DNA from: Tricharina praecox
Lineage: Eukaryota
NCBI RefSeq assembly: GCF_024521635.1
Contig: NW_026250440.1
Coordinates: 124,001-188,000, forward strand
Reading direction: 5' to 3'
Length of the DNA stretch: 64,000 bases
The notes beneath the pieces were generated by a model. That model did not search any database, had not been told where the DNA came from, and was given only the letters and a program-made list of their open reading frames with translations. Shown piece after piece: positions 34,961 through 47,264 of the stretch. The position numbers were made by a program, and so were the translations under genes. Position 1 is the stretch's first letter. The number at the start of each line of letters is the position of its first letter.

Positions 34961-36440
34961 GGTACCTCCAGATTCCAAACCGCGTATGTATATAGTAGAG
35001 TAGTACCTCACGAACCAACCCCCCCTCCCCCCTCCTCCAAAATTCTTACATCTTACCAACTCAAGTACCTAGGTACATCAAGCCTTTGTGTATGTACTAT
35101 TTAGTAGACAACCCCCAGGCCATAAGCCAATATTGATAGCGATAGCGGACCACAGCACTTGGGACTTCTAGAGGTAACTTCTTCAGTGGGAATAATGGAT
35201 GTATGTACCTGCTATATCGAGGTTGATTTCCTCGTCCCGCTGTGTGATAGTCCCTGCCACATAGTTGACACAAGAGATCTAGCCAGCCAGCCAGCCAGCC
35301 AGTCGCAGACGCTATGTAGGCTCATGTTGATCATTGATGGCCGCAAGCGCACAACTGAACTGAACTGAACATGCCGAGAAGGGTGATTCCAACTTCCAAG
35401 CACAGAACTACCGGACATCCTATATTCAGGCGGTGTTTGTGGCTGGCGAATATAACACTTGGAAAATATCATGAGTGATCACTCGATGCGAAGGATCAAA
35501 AAAAACCGGCTAGTCCCGTTGCGACCCTCAACATTGATGATTGAACAAGACCACATGAGAGAAGAGCCGACATGGCGCCTCGAGTAGAGCACATAGCGAG
35601 CCGGTCATGCCCCACTACCGTATGCTTCATCCCATGCACCGAACCACTACCGATAGTACCCAGGGAACTTTCTGTCCGCGTGGAGGGTTGGTTGCGATCA
35701 CTGAGTGCAAGGACCATCCACGCGATATCGAAGTATAGGTTCAGCTCATAGCCACCAGAAATTTCTTCAGCAGAGCATCTCGGCTACTCCGCCCGTCATT
35801 GTTCATCACGAAGTTGCACTCGTACTATGTCACCTGACATCACCCAACATCACCCATCTCACCACTGACCATTCGCCATATAGATGGGCTACATGCGAAA
35901 TAAATTGAAGATCTCTCTCTCTCTCTCCCATTTACCAATTCACCAATTCACCATACATCACGCTCTTCTCAAGTTTCAAGTCTCAAGTCTTAAATCTCAA
36001 GTCTCAACAACCAAATCACCGGTCAGCCCACAGCGCCGTTGAGGGGCCATGAACCGTCCCAGACCGAGTGACTGGCCACATCTATTCCCTCTCCGTGTTC
36101 CCTTCCCCCTCCCTTCCCCCTCCCCCTCCCACTCCCACTCCCCTTCTCATACAGTATAAAAACAAGAAAAAACCCAAAGAAAGAAACGAAAAAACACCGT
36201 ATTTTCAAGTATAACGCCAAACATGTTGAAGTTTGCTCCGAACCCGACCCTATCCGACCTGACCGATGACCCCCTGTGTTGAAACACCGCGCAACGAAAC
36301 CATGCAAAAAAAAAGCAAAGGAAATCAAAAGGAAACCGTGATGAAAAGAAGAAGTACGCAAGGAAAAAAAATAAAAGGACAAAAAAAAATACGGAGGCGT
36401 TGAGGCTCCCGATCAAAAACGAAAGGGTACTACCTTGCAA

Positions 36441-38572
36441 TTAAGCAGTGATGCTATTGGTGCCGCCGTTGACACCGTTCACGCCATTGACCTTGCCGGC
36501 GGCGGCGGCCGGGAGACCGTTCTCCTTACCGTCGAGGCCGAGATCCTTCATGAGTTCCGACACCTCGAACGTCTCGTCCAGGTCCTTGACTTCAAGGTTC
36601 TCAAACAGGTCGAAGATCTTGCCCTCGCGGTGGAAGTCGTTGTCGACTAAGGCAGTCAGTTATTAATCGTCCAAATTACAGCTCATGAGAAAGACATACC
36701 GATGTTGACCAGCCACCAGGTGTCCATGACGCCTTGAAGCAGATGCCTGCTCACACTGCCGTGACTGTAGCAGTGAGCCCAGTCCTCGCCAAGTCTGAAC
36801 GCCTCATCCTTCCACGCCAAGAAACTGATAGTCTCAACGATGGTGGGCTGGATGATCTCCTTGCCCGGGTAGACACCCCAGGTGACAGCGTTGGGGCCTT
36901 CAGGGCTATTGGTCTTGAGCGATCCGCTCTTGTCGACGGCGTAGTAAGTCATGTCGGGATCGCGCTCAATGTTGGTGATCAGGTCTGCAAGGACCTCAGG
37001 GGAGACAAAGAGCTCAAGGTACGACTTCTGGTAGACGTATCCGTTGCGGGGACCCCAACCATAAACCGGATCGGACGACTTGACACCGTTGACTGCGGGC
37101 TGGGAGTTGATGGTCAGGAAACCGCGGCGGTTGAGGTCGATCAGCCTATCCTTGATCACGTCGACTTCGGCGGTTATGGATGACTCGGACCACGGAAGGG
37201 TGGCCAATTTTCCACTCATGTAGCGAGCAAAAGTGTCGGCAATCTCTCTGATCGTCTTGGGTTCTCCGTAGCGCTTGATGTTGGACTCATTGGAGCCACG
37301 AAGGCCAATGCCGTATGAATCCACCTCTCCGAAGGCGGGAGACCGTGAATCACCCCAACGTCCATTAGGAAACTCGTCCCAGTCTTGGGTGCGCTGGACA
37401 TAGGATGCCTTGCGGTTCTTCCAGAAGATAGGACGGACGTTCTCGCTCTTGCGGTTGAAGCCAAGCGATGGGCGGAAGGGCAGAGGCGGGTGAGCCTGGT
37501 CCAAAGTGGGAATCAAGTTCAGGCCCTCCAAGACCATGCGTGTAGCAGTAGCCAGGTTCATGGTGTAACTGCAGAACCGTTAGCAGATGCTCACACGTGC
37601 GAGGGTGCAGGATGTGAGGCATACAAATGCAAGTGGTGGATTCCCGAATCAATGATCTTCTGGCACATCTCCACTACCAGGTCCCGCCCAATCTCACGAA
37701 CCGCAACGTCGTCGTTCTTAACCGGCTCCAGCAGTTCGAGCCACCGGGGTGGGACATGGCATTTGGTCCAAGTCGCACGCCTCATGAATGCCGCATACGT
37801 GTGGATGGGCATGATACCGGGGATGATGGGGACGGTAATGCCGATGTCCCTGCACTTCTGTACCCAGTCCAGGAAGATTTCGACATCGTAGAACATCTGA
37901 GTGATGATGAAGGTGGCACCAGCATCAACTTTCTCCTTCAGATGCTGCAGCAACAAATCCGGTGGGGTGTCTTCCTCGCAGCCCTCAGGGTATCCGGCAA
38001 CACAGATATCAAAGTAATCGCCGTAGTTGGCGCGAATGTGCTTCACGAGATCCTTGGCGTAATGGAATCCATCTGGGTCGGCCTCCCACTTCTCGTTCTC
38101 CCTCGGGGGATCACCACGCAGGGCCAGAATATTCGTGCAGCCCGCCTTGTACGCCTCCTTCAATGCTTCGTCGACTTTCTCCTTGGGCATGCCCGTGCAG
38201 GTCAAATGCATCATGGTTTCCAGTCCGTAAACCGACTGGGCGACATTGACCATCTCGCAGGTCAACTTCGAGAGGCGGCCACCGGCGTTCCATGTGATGT
38301 CGATGAACTGGGGACCAAGGGAGTGCATACGATCCATACCTGTCATGCCGTCAGCAACCGGGAATGCGATCGTCCCAAAAGTGACCGGGGATCATACGGT
38401 CATAGAGGTTTTGGACACCCTGCAAACGCCGTTAGCGTCACGCGACTTAAAGGAAGAGAATTGTAGCGACGTAGCAACATACCTGGCCCGTCTTCGGGGG
38501 GTAGAACTCGAACGAGAAGATGGTCTTCTTCGACTGCTCGCTGTCGGCGAGCTTCTCGCTGATGTGAACCAT
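36441..38572 (-). CDS. MET13: methylenetetrahydrofolate reductase (Met13-type); multi-exon
   Basis: FSFEFYPPKT, FIDITWNAGG, NILALRGDPP, ITQMFYD, WDEFPNGRWGDSRSPAFG and NAVTWGVYPGKEIIQPT. Confidence 0.95.
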
Positions 38573-40025
38573 GTCGGGGCGATTGACGAAAGGCGAAGAA
38601 GTGCAATAAAACTAGTCTGAGGGAGCGAAAGTCTAGCGAGGGCGGCGAAAGAGTTGTGAACGGCGAGAGTAGCAGCGACAGCGACGGTCGAAGAGCAGTT
38701 TGGACAGGAAGCGAGAGCTGATGGCCGGGTGAAAGAGAACAACTGCAGCGGAATGTCAGTCAGGGCCACTGAACCGGATAGCGACAGCCAAAAGGGCCAA
38801 TCTGAAGCGAGAGCGGTGAGGGCGGTGAAGGAGGTGAGGGAGTGGTCTGGACGCCCGATGCTCGCGTAGGAGGTGGCTTGAGGACAATGGCGAGCGGATG
38901 CGGAAGAACAATTGCAATTGAATGACAGCGGAACCACTGACCTCTCTTTCTGTCTGTGTCGTTTGAGGAGAAGAAAACGAACAGCCTGATTCTGGTTGAC
39001 ACCTTAAGAGATTCCTTCACAGCACAAACCAGCAGGCCTCGTAGCAGAGTGCATACAAAGGCGAACCGGTAGTGAAAATTGGGTTGGACGCGGGCGAGGT
39101 TGGAGGTTGAAGGTTGAAGGTTGGATGGCACACAGATGACGGTGAGGGGGAGAGCGAACGCGGGTGCCCGGTCTCTTTCTTTTCTCTGTTTTCTCCCAGT
39201 CAGCGGCGCCGTCCTGACTTTTTTTTTTTCGTCGGCTGCGCTATTGCCCGAGTAGGGATGGCGTAAGGAGACGCTACGGTGCTTTTCCCCCACGCTACTC
39301 AAGATTCTCCCCCTTGCCCGCCGATGGCAGGATCGATTCGACGATGCGGAACCTCCATGCACGAAACCGAACACCGTCACCAGAACATTCCACCGGTGCC
39401 CGCGTGCTGGTAGGATACAAGTCTTCCGAAGCAACTAATCGCTCACGATCTCCACAGGATCAGCCGCGACAGAGAAGCGGTCCGACTGAGGCGCGGACAC
39501 TCGTAAGCCCGTCTCTCATATCGTTTTCCACATGGCCTCCGCGCTTCCCCGCAACAAAGACAAAGACACATCGGTCCGACCCCACACTCTCGCCGCGCGC
39601 AAACGAGAGACAAACCCAGAGCCTTTCGAAGAGCCGACACCACCGAACCGCAAGGTTCCCCTGCAACGTTGACCGTTTCAGGTGGCCTCGGCTGTGGATT
39701 CCCAATGCGTAATCACCTGCTGCGATGCAGTAGATAAGATCATCTATCGATAGGTCCGTTACCCGCCTGCCAGATTTCAACAATGTCGACCTGTGCGGTA
39801 TGTAAACTTGTCGGACAACATGCAGGGGGATGACCGTTGCTGAGTATGGTATGTACGAGGTGATAGGGTTGATGGTGGAGGCTCTGGCTCTGGAATGAAT
39901 GCGGTTCAATGGTCATTTGCTCGCCAAATAGACACCTAATGAATTCAATCGCCGCGAGCACTCAAATACGGCAGGGAAGAAGCCAAACAGAAATCTATAG
40001 CTCTGCCCGCTATTTCATCATCTAA

Positions 40026-40318
40026 GGGCCCGTTTGAATGGCCTCAGTTTTCAGTTCCAGTTTTAGAGCGAAATTCAGTTCCCCGCTTTTTTCTCTTCCC
40101 CGTAAAGGGAGTCCATGGTTGAAGTTAAAATGCGATACTGAGTGCCGGTGAAGAAACTGACCTCCAGAGGTCAGTACCAGTTTCGTCGCTGGAGCCGCAC
40201 AGTTTCAGGGTTTTTTTTTTAAGTTTTTGTGCCATCCAAACGGGGTCTTAGTTCCATTTGCTCAGTTCCTCGAAAAGCTGACAGTTTTAGCTAAAACTGA
40301 GGCTGTCCAAACTGGCCT
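40026..40318. mobile_element. PIF/Harbinger (Tourist-like) MITE
   Basis: TAA-GGGCCCGTTTG...CCTCAGTTTT at the left end and AAAACTGAGG...CAAACTGGCCT-TAA at the right end; 3-bp TAA duplication. Confidence 0.75.
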
Positions 40319-40455
40319 TAAATCCTTCTAACAGGCCAAATCAAACCTAGTCCATATACTTGCTTTTACCCCAAACAGAAAAACCTAAACCCAAGGATAT
40401 AGTCCGTAAAACAAAACTCCCGCTGGCCAGCCAACCATCATCAACCCGTGGATAC

Positions 40456-42134
40456 CTATGCGTCGTCCTCACTGTATAGAAATAATCTCGTATGCAGAAT
40501 CGTCATCGCCTTGAGGGCATCGTGCTCCTTGACTATGCACGAGATGTTGATTTCGTTCGCACCTGTCACCGTGTGTTAGGACCACCACCACTACAACCAC
40601 AACCACCACCACCATCGTCGTCGGAAACGGAGAGAAACTCACCCTGCGAGATCATCTCAATATTGACACCCGACTGCGCCAGAGTCTGAAACATCTTTCC
40701 GGCAACTCCAACCATTTTCTTCATGTGCTTCCCGACCACCGCCAGAATCGTCAATCCTCTAGAAATATCGACGGTGCCCCAGTTCTCCAATTCCTTTGCC
40801 GCAACCATGACCGCCACTTGCCGTGCCGGCGTGTCTGTATGCAGCGCCATGGACACGTGCACCTCGCTCGTCGAGATCATGTCCACCGTAAGCCGTCTCG
40901 AATCGAGGATCCTAAAGATACCCGCCAAGAATCCATGCGACAAGTTCTTTCTATTGCTGCGGACGTTGAGGATAGTGATGTCGGTCTTCGTAGTGACAGC
41001 AGTGGGGCGTTTAAACCTCGGCTTGAGCACCGCAGCGGGAGAAGGCATCCCCTCCATGAGGTCGTCCGGGAAGATGACGGTTCCATGACCCGCAGGATTC
41101 ATCACGTTCTTGACGCGGATGGGGATTTTCGCACCGATGACCTGTTCCATCGTGAAGGGGTGGATGACCTCCGAGCCCCAGTAGGTGAGCTCCGCCGTCT
41201 CCTCGGGTGTGATCACCGGGATAAGCTGTGCCTGCGGAACCTTGCGCGGGTCCGCGGTGAAGATCCCGTCCACCTCTTTCCACACCTGTAGTTCTTCCGC
41301 GCCTATGCCCACAGCCAGCAGCGCCGCACACAGGTCCGTGTACCCGCGCCCGATGCTCGCCAGCAGCGAGCCGGGCACGGTGCCGAAGAAGCCTGTGACA
41401 ACTGGGATGCGGTCTCCGCACGCACGCACCCTCTCCGCAATCGAAAGGCCCACATCGGTATAGAATTCCTGCGTGAGGGCTGCGCCGGTAGAGGCGGGGT
41501 GGATTATGTTCTCCAGGTTGACGTATTCAGCGTCCACTCCGCGGTCCCGTAATAGCGCCGTCATGAAGAGACAGCTTAGCTTCTCGCCGGCGCCGATGAT
41601 GATGTCCTTCGTCTTCGGCGAAATCTCGTCGAGGACTTGGGCAGCCGAGAGGAATGAGAGCAGGCGGGTGCATTCGGCTTCCACTGAGGCGGCGTATTCG
41701 GCCTGCAGCTCGGCAGAGGAGATCAACTCTTTCGCGGCGGCCAGGTGGTCCGAAGCGATCGCGGCGACGATCTCATTATGTTCCTTAGAACGTGGGTGGA
41801 GCGCTGCGGCGGCCGCCCGGAGGAGGCGCGAGGTTGTGCCCTCCGCTTTGGTTCCGGTGCTAAGGGCCGAGCAGACGATCGCGATACGATGGTTGTCAGT
41901 GCTGGGCCTGGGGACTGTCAGTTACATCGCTCGCACTCCCTTCACCAGCAGCTGGGTGGAATACTTGACGATATCCTCGGCAATCCCCTCTGCAAACTTC
42001 CCGAGCGAAGTACCTCCGAACTTCTGAATGATCCACTGAGCGCTGACCGGATTTCTCCGTAGAAGTGTTTCGTCGTCGCTGTACCCATTCGAAAGGATCG
42101 CATCGTCTGCGACAGCTGAAGGAGGAGGTGCCAT
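40456..42134 (-). CDS. HOM3: aspartokinase; multi-exon
   Basis: QKFGGTSLGKF, IVCSA, GRGYTDLCAAL, EVDGIFTADPRKVP and ACT domains (NIEMISQG|ANEINISC). Confidence 0.96.
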
Positions 42135-42346
42135 AGTTGAAATTGTCGAGTTGTATAGAACCGGAAAGGATTTCGATCTCAATTGTCAAGTTGTATAGAT
42201 AGAATCGGAAAAAGATTTCGATCTCAATTGCAGTAGGAATGGAGGAAGGAGAATGTTGAAGTTGAAGTTAAAGCCGCAGCTCATAGAGCAAACCAGACCA
42301 TTGAAGGTATAGAAGCTCCAAAGGTATTGAAGGGCTAAAGGTGAGG

Positions 42347-42353
42347 TGAGTCA
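42347..42353 (-). promoter_or_regulatory. putative Gcn4/CpcA response element (TGACTCA)
   Basis: Perfect TGAGTCA about 215 bp upstream of the aspartokinase ATG; HOM3 is a known general-control target in yeast. Confidence 0.5.
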
Positions 42354-43070
42354 ACGTCCTTCTATGTCTTACATACATGCTGTATCCACTCTGGCGCCGG
42401 GAAAATTCACAACTTTTTTTTTTCCTAACGGCGATCGACAAGGCCAGTCAAAGCTCAACCAGCTTTACCGGTCCGCGCCAGCGGACGCGGGAAATCTGCG
42501 GAGGTTAGGGTTCCTGCTAACTATGGCCAATCATCATCTCGGAGAAGCGAAGCAATCGAGATTCAGGAACAGTTGCATGTGTCAGACCGGTAGAGTACTT
42601 ATCCTCATCTCGTTGCGATTTATTCAGTGATGAGGATGTAGAGTATTGAGCCCCCCAGATGCCGAGGTGGGCACTGTTTTGAGGTTTTGCGGGGTAAGCA
42701 AGATGAACCGTACTTTCCGCCTCATCCGCCGCCGTATCGGGTCCGATATATCCCTCATTTTAATTGCGGTCGCCTGGGTGTATGGGCTGGAGACGAGGGG
42801 CCTTGGTCTGCTTGGGACGAGAACGAAAACAGAACGTTCGAGAGTCGAAACCCCCCACCCTCAAATAATAAAACGAAAAATACATAAAAAAAACGGACGA
42901 GAGGTGGGGTAGCAAAGTCGATAGAGTACCTGCATTTGCAGATGGTATAGATCCCCTAATAAACAAACTCCAACTTTTGGTCACAATTATCTACATGACA
43001 GCGGGTACTCCCATCCCCAGATCTTGGCCTCGACTGCATCTGCATCTGCATCTACTTTCCGGAGGACTCT

Positions 43071-44891
43071 CTACCGGAACAGTCTCAGACCATCATCGGG
43101 AACCACATCCTCCATATCCTCGTCCTCATCCTCGTCCTCGTCGACCCTGACACGTTGGCCGAGCAAGCTCGAGAACAACTCCGTAATCTGCGTTTCCTGC
43201 CATCCATTATTCGGATCAGGCGCCATAAAGTTCTGCAGCTTCTCGTGCACATGGTATCGGAGCTTGCGTCCCTTGCTGGCTTTGGTATCCACCTTCTTCT
43301 TTTTCTTGGCGTCACGCATGGCCGCCGTCCACTGCAGCGCACCTCCGGCTGAGGAGTCGACCATACGTTGGTCCACAAGCGCCTTGAGCAGCTGCTGGTA
43401 GAGATCCGTGTCGTCGAAGATCTCGGGATCTTGCTCGATATCGTCATTTGCTGCCTGGATGGGCGCACAAGAGCGGGGCGTGCGGGTACGAGATATCAGG
43501 CGCTCGTGATCGGTGGAGAGGGATTCCCGAATTGACGCAGTGAGCGAGCGTGGTGTTGCGTTGTTGAGCTTCTTTCCGACACCAACAGTAGATACTGTTT
43601 GTGTCTTGTTGGACCACTTCTCCAGAACGCCCTCTCGCCAGGGCGTAACCTCGGTCTCCAACCTGGCCATCTTCTTCCAGATTTCGGCTATTGGGGTATC
43701 CTCATCGATCTCATCCGCCTTCCGCTTCTTGAGGTTCGGCGTGCGGGAAGAGGTGATATCGACGCGGAGCGAGTGAAGGGTATTCCACAGCTTGATAGCC
43801 GACGCCTCCGCCGCTTTCCATGTCTCTTGCGCTTCGGGTGTAGCTGGAAGCGCTGCTTGGAGGTTTGTGGGAGGAAGAGAGTTGACCGCGGTCAGGGCTT
43901 TCTGTAGCTTGATTCGGGCACCAAGGAAAGAGTCGAAGGTCTTTTGTTGCTGTCGCACAGCGATACCTTTTTCGGCGTCGCTTTGGGCGGCTTTCGTGAT
44001 GTTCTCGGAGATGGCCCTGTGAGGTTAGACAACAGAATACAACATAGAGGGAGGGGCAGTACTTCTTCTCGTCGGCCATCATCTTCGACAGAGCCTGTCG
44101 CTTCTCCTCTTCCTCCTCGTCCTCATCTTCATCTTCCTCCTCGCTTCCGTCCTCTTCGTCACCACTTTGACTCTCGTTGTCGCTTTCCTCATCGTCCCCT
44201 GTAGATTCGCCTTCCTCTCCACTCTCCTCCTCCTCATCTCCACTCTCCTCCTCCTCACTGTCGCTACCAGCAACCTGATCTCCCCTCTTCGGCACCTTGC
44301 CCCCCTTCGTCGTCGCACTACCACTGAACTTCCACCCCGCAAACCGTCCCTCATCACCGCCATCACTCCCCAGCGCATCATCGCTATCAATCTCATCGTC
44401 ATCACTGCCAACTCCAAAATTAATATCCCCCTCCATCACGTCCTCGATAGCCACGCCCTCCTCACCACTATCATCCTCATCATCCTCCTCATCCTCATCC
44501 TCCTCCTCCTCATCAGAATCGTAGAGTTTATCCCTACTAACCCTCGCACCCTCATACTTCTTCCCTAGCGGCGCGAGCGCGAGCGCACCCTTCTTCCTCA
44601 GAGCGCTCTTTCCGACGGCGACGTAGTGTTCGCGGGCACGGTCTACGCCCTCGTCGTCGTCCTCATCCTCACTGCCGCTACCATCATCGCTAGGCGCCTC
44701 CTCGCCGTCGGCAGAGAACTCATCGTCGAGGCCTTCGGGATCGAAATCTAGACAGACAGCGCACTTACATTAGCATCTGGAGAGCGCGGGGGAGGTGGGG
44801 GGAAGGGGGGGAAGGCGAGCATACCGCGCGGCGCAGGATCGTCAAGCAGCGCGAGCTGCTCGTTCAGCGTGAGAGTCTTTTTGGGGGCCAT
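43071..44891 (-). CDS. BFR2: BFR2/AATF ribosome-biogenesis factor; multi-exon
   Basis: Acidic N-terminus, AREHYVAVGKSALRK, RIKLQKAL, IFDDTDLYQQLLK and VDTKASKGRKLRYHVHEKLQNFMAP. Confidence 0.93.
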
Positions 44892-45956
44892 TGTGGCGGT
44901 TGGAGGAGTGTGGTGGATGCGGTTGCGATGCTGTGCTGTGCGCGGCGGCGGCGGGATGAAGGTTGGTTGGTTGGCCAATGCAGGAAAAAAATGTTAAGCC
45001 GCACGCACTAGCAGGGGTACTGGCTGTCGCGGGCGGGACCTAGAGTTTGGGAGGAAGTCATAGGGTAGCACTCGGTGTGGAAGGAGTGCTCGAGGGAGGG
45101 TTTGAGATATAGAGACGTGAGAAAGAGCAGTAGGATATGGATATGGGTGCTGGAGATAATGCTGCTGTGAATGCGGCGGAAATCACAACACGCGGAGGTC
45201 GAGTCATCACTTGTGACTCTGGGCTCGACAGTCCTACGCAGCCATGACTGACCGCCCACCGCCCACCGCAAACCGCAAACCGGTCGATCTTATCCTTCAC
45301 CTTCATCTTAGATAGCCATACAAGCCGTCCGTCCAAGTCCTGTTGCATACACTACATACCGGTACCTCCATGTAAAATTCCCGGGTTCCCGCATATTCAG
45401 ACCGGCCGTTTGCGTCCCCCCGGCCTCCCCAACCCCCCATGTCAGCACCTTCTTTCATCGCCCGGATGCAACCTCCGGCAAACCTCAATCTCAACCCTCA
45501 ACCTCAATGCGTGCCGCTTGTGGTATGGCGCCACCGGAAATTTTAGTTAATCCGTCGTCTTGGAGGAAATGTTGCTCGCAACGGCTGTGTCTTTTTATCA
45601 GACCCCCGGCATAGGATGCAGCTTCGCGGATGGCCGGTTGGACTGGTTGAGAAGGATTTGTCGTTGCCATAGTTGGGTCACTTGGGTGGGGAGTGACGTG
45701 GCTTAGGTATGGCGGCGATTCGTGGGCTTGAAGTACCAGTATCTAGGCACATTTCGAGTTGATTTCATTCACAGTTCTAGGTCTATCCATTTGATGAAGA
45801 AACGTAAGGTATTATTCTCATGAACATGAGTAAACAGCAAAGAAAAGAAAACAAGAGCGGACACCAATGATCAATTACACCACATTAACTCCGTCTCAAG
45901 TACAATCATCAGATGATCCGCGCAGATCGTTCAGTCATTACGAATCAGTCCAGTTT

Positions 45957-47264
45957 TTAGACCACACCCTCCACCTTGTGAGTGTTGTGAGTAGCACCAT
46001 TGTGGTTTCCGCCGTTCAGGATCCCTCTAAGACCGCCACCGGCACCACCCATGGCTCCGTGAGCAGCGTCGAAAGGAGCGCCCGTGGCCATTCCCTCGCC
46101 CTCGCCCCAGCCCGCCTTCCTAGTGGCAACAGCCTCGCCCCATCCATCCTCGCCGCTGAATCCGTAGTGGAAGCCTCTCATGTTGCCCCTGGGAAGGGGA
46201 ACGTGGTTGAAGCGGAAGTCCCAAATGCTGGCGTACATCATCCTGTAGGCGCTCAGAGCGAACATGGTACCGATGATGGCGCCGGCGACAACGTCGTACC
46301 AGTGATGGTACTCGTCAATAGTGAGGGAACCGGCGATCAAGGTGGCACCGAGGATGGGGGCGTAGAGTGCGGTGAGCTTCCACATGTGCGGCGCATAGTT
46401 GGAGAAGACCTTGAGCTTGGCGTTGAGGTACAGGTACAGGAAGACGAGACCCGCAACTTGTGAAGTGTTAGTATCGGGGGCTATCCGAGGTTGAAGGGAG
46501 GGGACGCCGTGTGTACTTACAGGCAGCAGTAGAGTGGCCGGACGGGAACGATTCGAGAGAATCGTTGATCTCCTTCGTATCTCCGGAGCAGATGGTACGG
46601 GTGTACATGATCTGTCTCAGGCCGTTTCCGGTGTTGAGAAGGCCAGTGACACCATCAACGCCGACTTCGGGAATGCGAGGTTTGCAAACCTAGCATCACA
46701 ATCCATCAGTACGGCACAAAGAAGTAGAAGGACATGGACAACTAACCGCCAAAAAGTGAGGCCTCAGACCACCGATCAACCACTTCAGGAAGACCTGGAA
46801 CACGGCAGCATTGATGAGAGCGTAAAGCAATCCCATGACAGCGTTGTTGAAGTCCCAGAAGCTGCGGATGCGGATCTGCATGCAGGCCATGATGAAGATG
46901 GGGATGATGCTGGCCAGGAACGCAGCGAGCCAGATGGGGATGATGTTCTTGCGCAGGGGGTAGGCGAACTGCGGGTACACGATTTCGCCATCCTGGAAGT
47001 AGACGGGGAAAGAGCGAGTCGGGGCGGGAGGGGCGTAGTAAACCTGTGTTTTCCATTCAGCGGTTGTTGTCTGACAGCGAGAGGGCCACTTACACCAAGA
47101 CCGACAGCTCCGAGAACGACCATAGTCAGGAGGTCGAGCCAGACCGTGCGGAACCACTGTCCCATGGGCGGACGGCGATTCGTGTGATACTCGGTGTACT
47201 GGTGAGCAGGCGCAGTGCCAGTGCCAGCAGCCGCGGTGTTACCGCGACGGTTGAAGAGGCCCAT
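45957..47264 (-). CDS. PAP2-family lipid phosphate phosphatase (Dpp1/Lpp1-like); multi-exon
   Basis: KWLIGGLRPHFLAVC, SFPSGHS and DEYHHWYDVVAG. Confidence 0.9.

Noticed and set aside
38600..39450. Long upstream ORFs or a possible riboswitch in the MTHFR leader
   Set aside because: Low-complexity pyrimidine-rich leader sequence with no recognisable conserved motif.
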